Notes under the pieces: generated by a model
What the model was told of the DNA's origin: nothing
What the model saw: only the letters and a program-made list of their open reading frames with translations
Databases searched by the model: none
Position numbers and translations under genes: made by a program
Shown: positions 28,492 through 38,795 of the stretch, piece by piece
Layout: the number at the start of each line of letters is the position of its first letter
Numbering within the stretch: the stretch's first letter is position 1
Origin: Myxococcales bacterium
Lineage (GTDB): Bacteria; Myxococcota_A; Polyangia; Polyangiales; DASUME01
Reading direction: 5' to 3'
Length of the DNA stretch: 64,000 bases
Assembly (NCBI GenBank): GCA_047601445.1
Contig: JASGJH010000001.1
Span: 7,328,001 to 7,392,000 of the forward strand

Positions 28492-29544
28492 ATGGAACCC
28501 ATGCAGAGCGTCGCGCCTTCGGTTCGTGATCCACGCTGGACGTCGAGCGAACTCACCGCGCAAGCCTACCGTGTCGAGGTCGACGCCGAAGAGCAGAGCG
28601 CCCTCGCTGTCGCCATCGCGGGCGAGCGACCTTGGCAGGCACTCAAGCGATCCGACGTGCCTGTGAGCTGCCGCGGGCTGTTTCGGCGCATCGAGGGCTG
28701 CCTGGATCAGAGTGCCGGCTTTTGCGTGGTCTCGGGCCTGCCCTTCGACGGCGCAGAGGAGAGCTCTCGCCGTGTCGCGTTCCTGGCGGGCTACGGGGTC
28801 GGCACCCCCGTGTATCAAGATGCTCAGGCGGGCCGCATGGTCGACATCCGCAGCACCGAAGCGCAGCTGATGGACGCCGGCATGTACAAGCCGCGCAGCG
28901 ACGGGACGCACACGCGGCCCTACGAGACGCGCGCCGCGTTCCGCTTGCACACGGACGCGTGCGACGTGGCGGGTCTGTTCTGTGTGCAGGCGGCGGCCAC
29001 CGGCGGCACCTCCTCGCTGGTCAACGCCCTCACCGTGTACGATCGCGTGGCGCAGAGCCGACCGGATTTGCTCGCGGTGCTGGAAGAGCCCTTCTACTAC
29101 GCCAAGCCGCGCAAGCCCGGTGAGCCCGCGAGCTACCACGGCATCCCGGTGTTCAGTTGGCACCAGGGCTACTTCAAGAGCCACATCGTGCCCGACCTCA
29201 TCTACTTCGCTCAGTTCGTGCCCGAGGTGCCGCGGCTGACGAACGCGCAGCACGAGGCGCTCGACCTGCTCCAGAAAGTCGCCAGCTCACCCGAGCTAAA
29301 GTTCGAGCTGCGACTCGAGCCGGGCCAACTGTTGTTGCTCAACAACCACGTGGTCTGGCACGGGCGCGATGCCTACGAGGACGCGCCCGACACCGTGCGT
29401 CATTTGCTGCGCATCTGGATGGCCACCCCCACGAGCCGTCCACTGCACCCCCTCCACGAAGCCTGGTTCGGCGACCCCCGACCGGGCGCGCTGAGAGGCG
29501 GATACCTCAGGGAACGCCTGCACGAGCTCGCAGAAAAGGACTGA
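28492..29544 (+). CDS. TauD/TfdA (clavaminate-synthase-like) Fe(II)/2-oxoglutarate dioxygenase
   Basis: HTD facial-triad motif, GGTS, NNHVVWHGRDAY, RHLLRIW. Confidence 0.88.
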   Translation: MEPMQSVAPSVRDPRWTSSELTAQAYRVEVDAEEQSALAVAIAGERPWQALKRSDVPVSCRGLFRRIEGCLDQSAGFCVVSGLPFDGAEESSRRVAFLAGYGVGTPVYQDAQAGRMVDIRSTEAQLMDAGMYKPRSDGTHTRPYETRAAFRLHTDACDVAGLFCVQAAATGGTSSLVNALTVYDRVAQSRPDLLAVLEEPFYYAKPRKPGEPASYHGIPVFSWHQGYFKSHIVPDLIYFAQFVPEVPRLTNAQHEALDLLQKVASSPELKFELRLEPGQLLLLNNHVVWHGRDAYEDAPDTVRHLLRIWMATPTSRPLHPLHEAWFGDPRPGALRGGYLRERLHELAEKD

Positions 29545-29780
29545 CGAGGAAACGGTGGCGTGGCCGCATACTTGTGACTGGGTGGCGACGCCCAATGTAC
29601 GGGGCCTGCCCCGGTGGCCTCACGTGCAAAATATCAGTCCTGACGGTTTCTCGGGTTTGGGCCGGTAATACCAGGCGATCGCGCTTGATCTAGAGGGTCC
29701 GGGCCGTCGAAGGTGGGAACTCAACACACGCAGGGGCGTGCTGCAGAGGGGGCCGATTGGACCAAGCCTTCACACACCAT

Positions 29781-31298
29781 ATGGCTTCCGACTCGCGCTG
29801 GGGCGCGGAGCGCACGCGCAGGCCGTTCTTCAACATGTTCACGGTTTCGTTGCTGCTTTTGGGCACGAGCTACTTGCTCCTATTGGCCGCGCCGCTGGTC
29901 TCGGCGCGCCTGAGTGGGCTTGGTCGCGACGGCCAGTGGGCGCGCATCGCGCACTGGATCCCCGCCGCTTCGGGCGCCGGCCTCGCGCTGGGTGGTGGCG
30001 CGGCGTTGCTCTTGGTGCTCGCCCGTCTGAGCAAGGACATTCGCCGGCATCCCTACGCCTGCGTGGCGCCCGCGCTGGCGGCTTTCTCGGCCTGCCTGTT
30101 GATCGGGCTCGGCGCCAAGCTTCCGCTCGGTGCGAGCGAGCCGCTGTGCGTGTTCGCGCTCGCGTTGGCGGTCATGGGTGGATCGCTGGTTCAAGAGGCG
30201 GGCGCGGCCGGTCAGCTCTTCGGTTGGGCGCTGACGGTGGCACCGGCAGCGAGCATGGTCGCTGCCGTCTGGGCCGCGTCGGGAGAGGCGCAGCTGAGTC
30301 AAGCCATCTGGGCGCTGTCGCCCGCGAGTCGATTGTTCCTCGCGATGCTCGCGCTGAGCTCCGTCGCCATGGCCTTGCTGGGCATGGTCGCGCGCACCTT
30401 GGGCGAGGCGCGCGGGCTCGGCGCAGCGCAGGCTGCCATTCCGGTCCAGCACGGTACGTGGGACCCGAATCCGTTCTCCGCCCGTGAGGACACGCTCGAG
30501 CTCGCGCTGCGCTCTGCCGAACGCGAGCTCACCAAGCGCACCATCGGGCGACCAGCCTTGCTGGTACTCGCATGTCTGCTTGTGGGTGGTGCGGTGGCCG
30601 TCTGGCAGAACACGACGTCCGACTCGAGAGTTGCCTCGCGCGTCGCCCGTGAGTTGGTCACGGCGCAACCCGTGCAGGAAGCCCAGGTGGCGCAAGCGGC
30701 CAGCGCGCCTCCCGTGCCCCAAGTCGAGCCCTACGTCGCGAGCCCTGCGGCCGAGCCCAGCGTGGCCAACGCTGCGTTGGAGCCGAGCGGTCCTCAGGCG
30801 GCCTTGCCGGTGCGCGAACCCGAGCCTGCGGCCCAGGAGCCCGCTCTGGCATTGGCGTTGCCGGCAGAGGCGGAAGCCACGGCCCCGAGTTCGGTGGTGG
30901 TCACGTCCCGCGTGCCTCCCGCGCGCAAGGCGCGTGCAGCGCGCGCCAAGCTCAAGCCGGCTCCCGTGCGTCACGTGGCCAAAGCCGCGCCCGAGACCAA
31001 GACCGCCAAGGTCATGCCCGAGGCGGAGCCAGAGCAGGCGCAGGTCTCGGACAAGCCCGCGGCGCTGGAGAAGCCCCGTGCCGAGGCTGCCAGGGAGGCC
31101 AAGGCTGCTGCAGTGGAGAAGGCCCGCGCCGAGCCCGCCAAGGAGGCCAAGCCCGCGGTCGCCAAGGCCCCGCCGCCTCCCACACGCGGCGATGAGAGCC
31201 TCGATGAGCTGATGGACCGCGTGGTCGAGCCTAAGCAGGGTGGCAAGTCCAGCAAGTCCGCGGTCGTCAGCGCAGACGATCCCATCTTCGGACTTTGA
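29781..31298 (+). CDS. Hypothetical membrane protein with Pro/Ala/Lys-rich C-terminal extension
   Basis: Several TM segments, a low-complexity tail, terminal LDELM...DDPIFGL. Confidence 0.7.
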   Translation: MASDSRWGAERTRRPFFNMFTVSLLLLGTSYLLLLAAPLVSARLSGLGRDGQWARIAHWIPAASGAGLALGGGAALLLVLARLSKDIRRHPYACVAPALAAFSACLLIGLGAKLPLGASEPLCVFALALAVMGGSLVQEAGAAGQLFGWALTVAPAASMVAAVWAASGEAQLSQAIWALSPASRLFLAMLALSSVAMALLGMVARTLGEARGLGAAQAAIPVQHGTWDPNPFSAREDTLELALRSAERELTKRTIGRPALLVLACLLVGGAVAVWQNTTSDSRVASRVARELVTAQPVQEAQVAQAASAPPVPQVEPYVASPAAEPSVANAALEPSGPQAALPVREPEPAAQEPALALALPAEAEATAPSSVVVTSRVPPARKARAARAKLKPAPVRHVAKAAPETKTAKVMPEAEPEQAQVSDKPAALEKPRAEAAREAKAAAVEKARAEPAKEAKPAVAKAPPPPTRGDESLDELMDRVVEPKQGGKSSKSAVVSADDPIFGL

Positions 31299-31499
31299 TC
31301 CGGCGTCGCCACCGGGCGCTCACGCCGCGCTCGCGCTAACGAGCGACGCGCGTGGGCGACAATCCCCGCAGCGGGACGAGTTGCCCCAGCGTGGCAGCCG
31401 CGCACGTGCGGTACCCCGCTTCGAGCACGCTCTCGCGCGCCAACGCGCGGTCCGCGCCTGGGCACGCGCGATGCACGCTTCGAGCTCGGAGGAAGCCAC

Positions 31500-32093
31500 A
31501 TGGGACGCCGCAAGGAAGAGCGGGAGCCGCGTGCTCACGCGCGTGCGCGCGGAAAGCGCGGAGCAAGCAAGCACGAATCAGGGATCCAGCTGCGACCCCA
31601 GGGCTACTACGGCTCGGGTGGTAGCTACGGCTACGGCGGCGGCTTCGAGCACCCGGACTACCCCGAGCCCGAGCAAGCCAAAGATGACGAGGCCCGGCAC
31701 GCTCGGCGCGGCGGCGACCCCGGCTGGTTCCACGGCGTGGGCCCCATGGAGCCCTTCGACGCCTACGGCAGCTTCGGGAGCACCCTCGGCGACTACCAGC
31801 ACGCGCCTCAGCACGCCTTCCGCGCACGCTCCACGCGCGGGCCCTTCTTCGGGCGTGCGCCCCTCGGCTACACGCGCTCGGACGAGCGCATCCGCGACGA
31901 CGTTTGTGATCAGCTGATGCTGGGTCACGTGGATCCGAGCGCCGTCTCGGTGAGCGTCTCCGCGGGGGAAGTCACCCTCGAGGGAAGCGTCGAGACCCGA
32001 CGGGCGAAATACATGGTGGAGGAGGTGGCGGCCTCGGTGCTCGGGGTTCGCGAGGTGAACAACCGGTTGCGCGTAGGGCAGGGCGGCCGGTGA
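31500..32093 (+). CDS. BON domain protein
   Basis: GRAPLGYTRSDERIRDDVCD...GEVTLEGSV...GVREVNNRL; GGAGG RBS. Confidence 0.9.
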   Translation: MGRRKEEREPRAHARARGKRGASKHESGIQLRPQGYYGSGGSYGYGGGFEHPDYPEPEQAKDDEARHARRGGDPGWFHGVGPMEPFDAYGSFGSTLGDYQHAPQHAFRARSTRGPFFGRAPLGYTRSDERIRDDVCDQLMLGHVDPSAVSVSVSAGEVTLEGSVETRRAKYMVEEVAASVLGVREVNNRLRVGQGGR

Positions 32094-32295
32094 CCCAAGG
32101 CACTCGGTGAGCGAAGCGAACCTTGTGGGATGGGGGGAGGGGGCTGATCCCTTGGCGCTGGCCTCCAAGACAAAAAGGGGAGCCGCGCACGCGCACGGCT
32201 ACGTTTCACGAGGACGTAGGCGGTTACGAGGGTAAAAAGAGCGGGAGTGGGGGGCGCCACGTATCTTTTCGGGCGTCCTCTACGTTGGTCCGAGT

Positions 32296-33289
32296 ATGAG
32301 CCCTCCGAACACGCTGCAATCGTCGCTGAGAATCCTCCTGGCGCGGCTTTCTCGAGACCTACGAGCCGCTGCGCCCCGAGCTCTACCGCTACTGTCGACA
32401 CCTCACCCGAAGCCCCTGGGATGCCGAGGACTTGGCACAGGACACCCTGTCCCGCGCCTTCGTCACGCTCGGCCAAATGAACGAGACGCCGCCGAATCCG
32501 CGCGCTTGGCTGTTTCGGGTCGCGTCTAACCTCTGGATCGATCAAGTTCGCCGGCGCCGTCGTGAGCAACCTTGGCCTGAGCTGGCGGAGCCCGCTCAGG
32601 ATCCGCTCGATCCGCGTGGCGCACGCGAAGCGGCGGGTACCCTGCTGGGTCAGCTCTCGCCCCAGGAGCGTGCGGCAGTCGTGCTCAAGGACGTGTTCGA
32701 GCTCTCCCTCGAAGACGTGGCCGATACCCTCACGACCTCGGTGGGCGGCATCAAGGCCGCGCTGCATCGCGCACGCGGCAAGCTGGCGGAGTCGCCGCCT
32801 CGTGAGCCAGGCTCGCCACGCCCGCCTGCGCTCGACGCTTTTTGCGCAGCCTTCAACGCGGGTGACCTCGACCGTGTGGCAGCGCTCTGCCTCGACAACG
32901 TCGGTGTGCAAGTGGTGGGTGCGACCACGCTCCACGGACGCGACGAAGCCAAGCGCACGGTGCTGTTCGGCATGTTGTTCGGCATGGCGCACGTGCTGTC
33001 CACGGACCCCGATGGGTGGTTCGCCCCGTTCTTTCAAGGTGTCACTGCGCAGCCACCGCGCGTCGAGGCGCGCTTGCACCGCGGTGAGTGGGTGATCCTG
33101 CACTGGCACGAGCATCACGACGGAGAGGCCGTGCGCGCGCTGACCCGCCTCGAGTTCGAAGGCGACCACGTGGCCCGACTGCGCAACTACTTCTACAACC
33201 CGGAGCTCGTGACCGAGGTGTGCGCCGAACTCGGTCTGCCCTCGCGTTCCAACGGCTATCGCTGGTGCGGGGAGTCGTCATGTCCTTGA
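32296..33289 (+). pseudogene. ECF sigma factor with C-terminal SnoaL-like domain, frameshifted near 32330
   Basis: Frame of 32432 extends upstream as SSWRGFLETYEPLRPELYRYCRHLTRSPWDAEDLAQ but hits TGA; ATG 32296 (MSPPNTLQSSLR) joins it if one A of agaatcc is removed. SnoaL-like FCAAFNAGDLD. Possibly a sequencing error. Confidence 0.8.
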
Positions 33290-33927
33290 CCTTGCTCTTC
33301 CACCCGCTCTCCTCGTTCTGTCAGAAGGTCCTGATGGGCCTCTACGAGCTCGACACCCCTTTCACCAAGCAGGTGGTCGACCTGTTCGACGACGAGCAGC
33401 GACGCGCGCTCGAGAAGCTCTGGCCCATCGGCAAGTTCCCGGTGCTGCGTGACGAGGCGCGTGACGTGACCGTCGCCGAGTCGAACATCATCCTGGAGTA
33501 CCTCGATCAAAGCGTGGCCGTGCGTGAGTCGTTGATCCCGCAGGACCGCGACGCGGCCCGCGAGTGTCGCATGCGCGATCGCTTCTTCGATCTCTACATG
33601 AACACGCCCGTGGGCAAGATCGTCACCGACAAGCTGCGTCCCGAGCCTGCCCGGGACCTCTACGGCGTGGAACAGGCCAAGGCGCAGCTGGAGACGGCCT
33701 ACGTGATCGCCGACGACTGGTTGCGCACCGGCCCCTGGGCGCTCGGGGAAAGCTTCTCCATGGCGGACTGCGCCGCGGCCCCGGCCCTGCTGTACGCGAA
33801 CTACGTGGTGCCCTTTCGCGAGCGCTTCACGCACCTCGCGGCCTACTACGACCGGCTCGCGGCGCGCCCTTCGTTCGCCCGTGTCTTGAGCGAAGCCCGG
33901 CCCTATTGGTCGATGTTTCCGGGCTAG
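33280..33927 (+). CDS. Glutathione S-transferase family protein
   Basis: HPLSSFCQKV, PIGKFPVL, ESNIILEYL, FSMADCAAAPAL. Confidence 0.92.
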   Translation: MSLTLLFHPLSSFCQKVLMGLYELDTPFTKQVVDLFDDEQRRALEKLWPIGKFPVLRDEARDVTVAESNIILEYLDQSVAVRESLIPQDRDAARECRMRDRFFDLYMNTPVGKIVTDKLRPEPARDLYGVEQAKAQLETAYVIADDWLRTGPWALGESFSMADCAAAPALLYANYVVPFRERFTHLAAYYDRLAARPSFARVLSEARPYWSMFPG

Positions 33928-34144
33928 CCAGACACCCACCCAAGCCGGCCATCCGCGATGCTTCTGGGGACTGGCGGAGGGGCAGCGCTGCGGACGAGAC
34001 CACCCTTGCGTCACTCGTCCGAGCGGCCCAAGGTACGCCACTTTCTAACCGCGCAGCCCCCCGCTGCTCGCTGTGCGTCCGAGCTAGTGGCCCCCGGAAT
34101 TCGCCGTTTTACCCGCGAAAATTCGCTCGTCTTGCTGGGGAGGC

Positions 34145-35218
34145 ATGGTGTGCCTCGCGCTGTGGCTGGCCACTGGCGCCGCCGCGGCCGACGACCGCTA
34201 TTACTACTATGACCCCGACGGCGTCGGAGCTCACGCCTTCTACAACCCATGGAACTTCATCGTGCAAGGGGGCTTGGGGGCTCTCTACGACACGCCGATG
34301 GACTCGTTCGACTGGTCGGGTGGCTTTGCGACCTTGAACAAGTCGCTAGGCAGTCCCCTCGACGCCATCCACGAGTACGGCTGGGGCCGCTTCATCTACC
34401 GCGAGTTCACCCCCCATCCCGGCGCCGGCCAGAACTACGTGCCCAACTGGGTCTGGCACTTCACGGGCGGTGGCATGCGCACCAAGCTCATGGAGGAGTA
34501 CTACCGGCACCTGGGCTTGGACGAATGGCCGGCGCGCATCGCGGGCTGGGCCTCGCTCTATTCGATGCACTATTTGAATGAGGCAGTGCAGGCGGCGCGC
34601 TTCGAGGGCCATCGTCGCACCACCATCGATCCCCTGTCGGACATGTACTTCTTCGACTGGACGGGCGCCCTGATGTTCCAGTTCGATGCAGTGAACCGCT
34701 TCATGAGCCGGCGTCTCCACCAGCGCGAATGGTCCTATCAAGCGCAGTACGACCCGCTCGCGCGCAGGCTGCTCAACAACGGCCAGCTCTACTGGATGCG
34801 CGTCGGGCTCTACGGCCCCGTCAGCTTGAGCTTCTTGACCGGCGAGCAGATCACCAGCCTCAACCTCACCTATAGCTGGGACGACGTGCACCAGATCTCG
34901 GTGGGGGCAGGCCCCAAGTCCAAGGCCTTCATCGCGCGCAACAACGGCGACACGGATGCAAGCGGCATCGTGTGGAGCGCGGGCGTGTACTACTCGGTGA
35001 ACGACAACCCCTTCGTGGTGTTCACCTACGAGCCCAGCGAGCGGCATGGCGGCGAGCGCCATCCGGGGCAAGCCAAGTACATGGTCAACTGCTACCCGGG
35101 CCTTTTGCGGGTGTTCGACCAACCTGCGGGGATGTCGCTTTCGTATCAGCTGGAAGCTTTTTTCGTGGGCTTTGCGATGGGGCCGTTGCCGATGGGGATG
35201 GTGCTCGGAACGAGGTGA
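34145..35218 (+). CDS. Exported/outer-membrane hypothetical protein
   Basis: Signal-like ATGAAAA-DD, aromatic-rich helical N-half, beta-strand-like C-half; start may lie upstream. Confidence 0.7.
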   Translation: MVCLALWLATGAAAADDRYYYYDPDGVGAHAFYNPWNFIVQGGLGALYDTPMDSFDWSGGFATLNKSLGSPLDAIHEYGWGRFIYREFTPHPGAGQNYVPNWVWHFTGGGMRTKLMEEYYRHLGLDEWPARIAGWASLYSMHYLNEAVQAARFEGHRRTTIDPLSDMYFFDWTGALMFQFDAVNRFMSRRLHQREWSYQAQYDPLARRLLNNGQLYWMRVGLYGPVSLSFLTGEQITSLNLTYSWDDVHQISVGAGPKSKAFIARNNGDTDASGIVWSAGVYYSVNDNPFVVFTYEPSERHGGERHPGQAKYMVNCYPGLLRVFDQPAGMSLSYQLEAFFVGFAMGPLPMGMVLGTR

Positions 35219-35233
35219 GAAACTCAGCTGCGC

Positions 35234-36448
35234 CTACTCCGACTCTTCTTCTTCCCCCGCCACCGCATTCCCCGTCGCGCCCACCAGCAAGGCCCGCCGA
35301 TTCACTGCTCCCGTCTTGCGCAGAATCGACGAGACCTGATTGGCCACCGTCGCCACGGAGCGCCCGCGAAGCGCGGCGATGTCGCGATTGGAATGACCGA
35401 GCTGCACCAACTCCAGTACATCCACCTCGGCGGCGCTCAAGCTGTCCATGGCCGCGAGCTGATGCGTGGATCCGCCCAGGGCCGAGGCGCAGCGCAAGAG
35501 ATCGGCGCGCTCTCGGAAGCCGAGCTTGAGCTGCGCCGAGGCCAGCGCGCGCGACACCAACGTGGGCGCGATGCCCAGCGCGTACGCCACCTGCTTGCCG
35601 CTCAAGCCCTGTGAGGACAGGCTCAACACCGAGGCCTCACGCACGTCGAGGCTGCGATAGCGGCGCGCAGCGGGGGAGTTCTCGAAGGCCAGGTAGCTGC
35701 GTTTGCCACCGCGTTCTTCCTGCTCCACCAAGCTCCATTGCCCCTCGACGAGCGCCTTCCACACCCCCAGCGCGGAGTCCTGGTCCGAGCGTCCGCGTGC
35801 GGTGCGCGCCGCTTCGATGTCGCGCACGCGCTTGCCCACTGCCGCGTGCTGCTCGGTCCCGATGCCCTGCGCGTCTTCGATGCGGCCCGAGGGCGAGATG
35901 ACGGCCGTGGGTGCCGTGCCACCCACCATGCGCAGCCGCAGCACGGACTCGACGTGAATGCGCAAGCGCTCCAGCGTGAGCCGCTCCGACGGCTCGAGCT
36001 TTTGGTGATGCCAGCTGCTGAACAACACGAACGACCAGCCGGGCGCGGGATGTCCAATCAGCCCCACGAACTCTTCTACCTTGGTCTGCGCGAGGTAGTA
36101 CTCGTAGAGCGCGCGTGGGCCAGGCGGGGCCGAGCGCGCCACGCTGGACCCGAGCAGCACGTGCCGAGTTGGGTACCAGAATTCCCGGTAGGCCCCCTCC
36201 TCCATGTTCTCGACCACGTGACCCGCCATCTCGAGCACGCTGCGACCGTGTCCTCGCCCATCGGCGAGCTCGAGGCTGCGTCCCTGGGGCTGCTCGCGGA
36301 TCACGCTCAGGCCGCACGCCGCGTGGGGACCCACCGTCTGCTCGATGGTGTCGAGCAGATGGTTGAGCCACGCATCGTTGTCCGAGGCCGCCGTATACAA
36401 CGCCTCGGCCACCGACACGAAATCGCCTTTACTTCCTTCTCGCACCAC
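35234..36448 (-). CDS. Regulator with N-terminal sensory region and two LuxR HTH domains
   Basis: LDVREASVL...GLSGKQVAYALG; LSAAEVDVLELVQLGHSNRDIA...TVANQVSSILRK. Confidence 0.85.
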   Translation of the reverse strand: MVREGSKGDFVSVAEALYTAASDNDAWLNHLLDTIEQTVGPHAACGLSVIREQPQGRSLELADGRGHGRSVLEMAGHVVENMEEGAYREFWYPTRHVLLGSSVARSAPPGPRALYEYYLAQTKVEEFVGLIGHPAPGWSFVLFSSWHHQKLEPSERLTLERLRIHVESVLRLRMVGGTAPTAVISPSGRIEDAQGIGTEQHAAVGKRVRDIEAARTARGRSDQDSALGVWKALVEGQWSLVEQEERGGKRSYLAFENSPAARRYRSLDVREASVLSLSSQGLSGKQVAYALGIAPTLVSRALASAQLKLGFRERADLLRCASALGGSTHQLAAMDSLSAAEVDVLELVQLGHSNRDIAALRGRSVATVANQVSSILRKTGAVNRRALLVGATGNAVAGEEEESE

Positions 36449-36520
36449 GTCCTGCGCTACCGTGGCAGAAAATCTCGAGCAACGGCTTTTTCTTGACCTC
36501 GGGGGCCACTGCGATGCGCC

Positions 36521-37894
36521 TCAGATGCCAAGACAGTAGTAGCCGCCCATGGGCCAGTAGATCGAGAAGTTGGCGCACATCTCGTCGTCCGAGCTCTGCC
36601 CGAAGCCAACCAGATGGTCGGTGGTGTTTTCCCAGGTACAACGACTGGTGACCACGTCGCCGCTCCGGATCACCTCGTCGTGCAGCGGATAGATCAGCTG
36701 GTCCGAGAAACTGTACGGCATGTCATGCAGCACACGTTCTTCGGAGTCGTGGGTCACCGAGAGGAAGGCGTGCACGCCGAGCTTGTGCATGTGCGGCGCC
36801 ACCCCCACCAGGTGCATGTCCTCGTCGGTGGTGGTGACCACGCGGCAGATGTCCTGGAAGGATTGACGCATCCCCGGCGTGAGCAGCGGGAACGCGTTGA
36901 AGTCGTTGGTCACGGTGGCGATGTGCTTGCGCGGCGTACGGGTGGCACACACTTCGAAGCCGCTACGGTCGAACTCCACCTCGCTGCCCCCGACGTTGTA
37001 GTAGTGAAGCTCCAGGTGCAGCGGGCCCTGGGGGAGATACAACCCCACGTCGTCCGGCAGCTTGAATCCACCTTCGTTGCCCGGCGCCCAGGCCCAGATG
37101 AACGCACCGCGGTGGTCGATGTCGATGCCTTCATAGAGCACCCAGTGATGCAGCACCTTGGTGTTGTCGTTGATGGGCAAGAAGGTGATGCCCTGCACGT
37201 CGTCGTCGTGCCACGGCGGCGTCTCGATGGGCAGCTGGTAGCGAATCTCCTCGCCCGCGCCGATGCGGAACGGTTGGCTCGGGTCGTTCGGATCGTGGGC
37301 CAGCACCGTGTAGCGCTCGTCGCACTCCCATTCCTCTTCGGGCGCAGGCGTGGGCGGCGCCACTTCCGGCAGCCCCTGACACGTCACGTCCGGGCCTGGC
37401 AGGGCTCCTCCGGTGATCCAGCGATCGAGGGTGGCGCGCTCGTCCGCGCTCAGCGGCGTGAAGGGAGGCATGGGCTTGCGCTCATCGTGGATGCGCAACG
37501 CCACTTGCTCGAACACCTTGTGCTCGGGGGCCGTCACCGCAGGCTGCTGCAAATCGGCGTAGTTCACCAGCGACATGGGCGCGCCCGTGCGGCGCTCGCT
37601 GCCGTGACAGCTCTGGCAATGCGCTCGGAAGACCGCCAACGCATCGCACCAGTCGCTCGCCACGAGCCCGGGTTCGGAGGTCGGATCTTGGGTGTCGTCA
37701 ACGCCGTCGCCGTCGCCATCGCCGTTCACGTGTTCTTCGTTCGTGCCGGGACGCCCTGCGTCGCCGAGCTCGTTGGTACACGCGATCAACAGGCAGGTCC
37801 CCAGCCATGCCCATCGCCATCGAGATGCGCTTTGCACGCGTGCTGGTCGAAGCGCGCGGTTCCGCGCGTGAGCCACTAGACGACCGAGATCCAC
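36521..37894 (-). CDS. Lipoprotein: c-type cytochrome domain plus PHM/DBH-like copper type II monooxygenase
   Basis: Lipobox LIAC; CQSCH...MPP; LHHWVLY, LELHYYN, PHMHKLG, DEMC. Start estimated. Confidence 0.85.
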   Translation of the reverse strand: MDLGRLVAHARNRALRPARVQSASRWRWAWLGTCLLIACTNELGDAGRPGTNEEHVNGDGDGDGVDDTQDPTSEPGLVASDWCDALAVFRAHCQSCHGSERRTGAPMSLVNYADLQQPAVTAPEHKVFEQVALRIHDERKPMPPFTPLSADERATLDRWITGGALPGPDVTCQGLPEVAPPTPAPEEEWECDERYTVLAHDPNDPSQPFRIGAGEEIRYQLPIETPPWHDDDVQGITFLPINDNTKVLHHWVLYEGIDIDHRGAFIWAWAPGNEGGFKLPDDVGLYLPQGPLHLELHYYNVGGSEVEFDRSGFEVCATRTPRKHIATVTNDFNAFPLLTPGMRQSFQDICRVVTTTDEDMHLVGVAPHMHKLGVHAFLSVTHDSEERVLHDMPYSFSDQLIYPLHDEVIRSGDVVTSRCTWENTTDHLVGFGQSSDDEMCANFSIYWPMGGYYCLGI

Positions 37895-38055
37895 GCCGAG
37901 TCCTTTCTCTCGCCGCGCGAACGCTGCGGCCCCGGACTCTATAGTTGAGGCATGCGCACGGTGTTTTGCGCGTCTTTGCTCGCGTGCACAAATCACTATT
38001 ACGCGGGCTTCCCGCCCTCCCTATGCTGCCCTCCAAGTCGACCGGGGGACGTTCA

Positions 38056-38787
38056 ATGTCACTGTGCCTAATCCGCTATTATCGTCAGGAAGATCGCGCG
38101 GCGGTGCGTGCAATTGCCTTCGAAACTGGGTTGGCAGGCGGATCGATCGAACCCCAGTACAAAGATCGCGAGAGCTTCGCGGACTTCACGACGGCCTACT
38201 ACACGGACCATGAGCCCGAGAACGGCATCGTGGTGGAGCTCGAAGGCAAGGTGGTGGGCTACTGCCTCTCCACGCGCGACACCCGGCGCGCCATCGGTCC
38301 TTTCCGCTATCTGCTGTGGCACACGTTCTGTCGTGGGGTGTGTTTTCGCCCGGGCACAGCGGGTTATTACGGCCGCGCCTGGCTCGATGGTTTGCGCGAT
38401 CTCGGCGAGCCCGGGCGCACGGACATCGATCTCGATCGCTTCCCGTCCCACGCGCACATCAATCTCCTGCCCGAGGCCCGTCGCGGCGGCATTGCCACCG
38501 AGGTGATCTGTCGACTCTTCGATCATCACCAACGCCTGGGCTCGCCTGGCCTCTACGCGGAGTCGGTGTCCACCAATCTAGGCATGGCCGCGATCACCAA
38601 GCGCCTCGGCTGCGTGAACCTGGGCGAGCCCTATCTGGTTCCGGGTTGGCGCGGCCCCGAGGGCGAGCGCGTGCGCGTGCAGGTCTACGCACGGGATCTC
38701 ACGAGTTGGGTCCCCGAGGCGTGGCAGCAGCTCTTGCGCAAGGACGCGGGGACTCCTCCGCGCGCCGTCGAGCACGCGGCTCACTGA
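38056..38787 (+). CDS. GNAT family N-acetyltransferase
   Basis: GKVVGY, HINLLPEARRGGIA acetyl-CoA motif. Confidence 0.85.
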   Translation: MSLCLIRYYRQEDRAAVRAIAFETGLAGGSIEPQYKDRESFADFTTAYYTDHEPENGIVVELEGKVVGYCLSTRDTRRAIGPFRYLLWHTFCRGVCFRPGTAGYYGRAWLDGLRDLGEPGRTDIDLDRFPSHAHINLLPEARRGGIATEVICRLFDHHQRLGSPGLYAESVSTNLGMAAITKRLGCVNLGEPYLVPGWRGPEGERVRVQVYARDLTSWVPEAWQQLLRKDAGTPPRAVEHAAH

Positions 38788-38795
38788 GGGCGTCC

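Noticed and set aside
32094..32200. REP-like or IS-end sequence after the BON gene
   Set aside because: Only short CCAAGG/CCTTGG complementarity; no second copy or transposase seen in the window.
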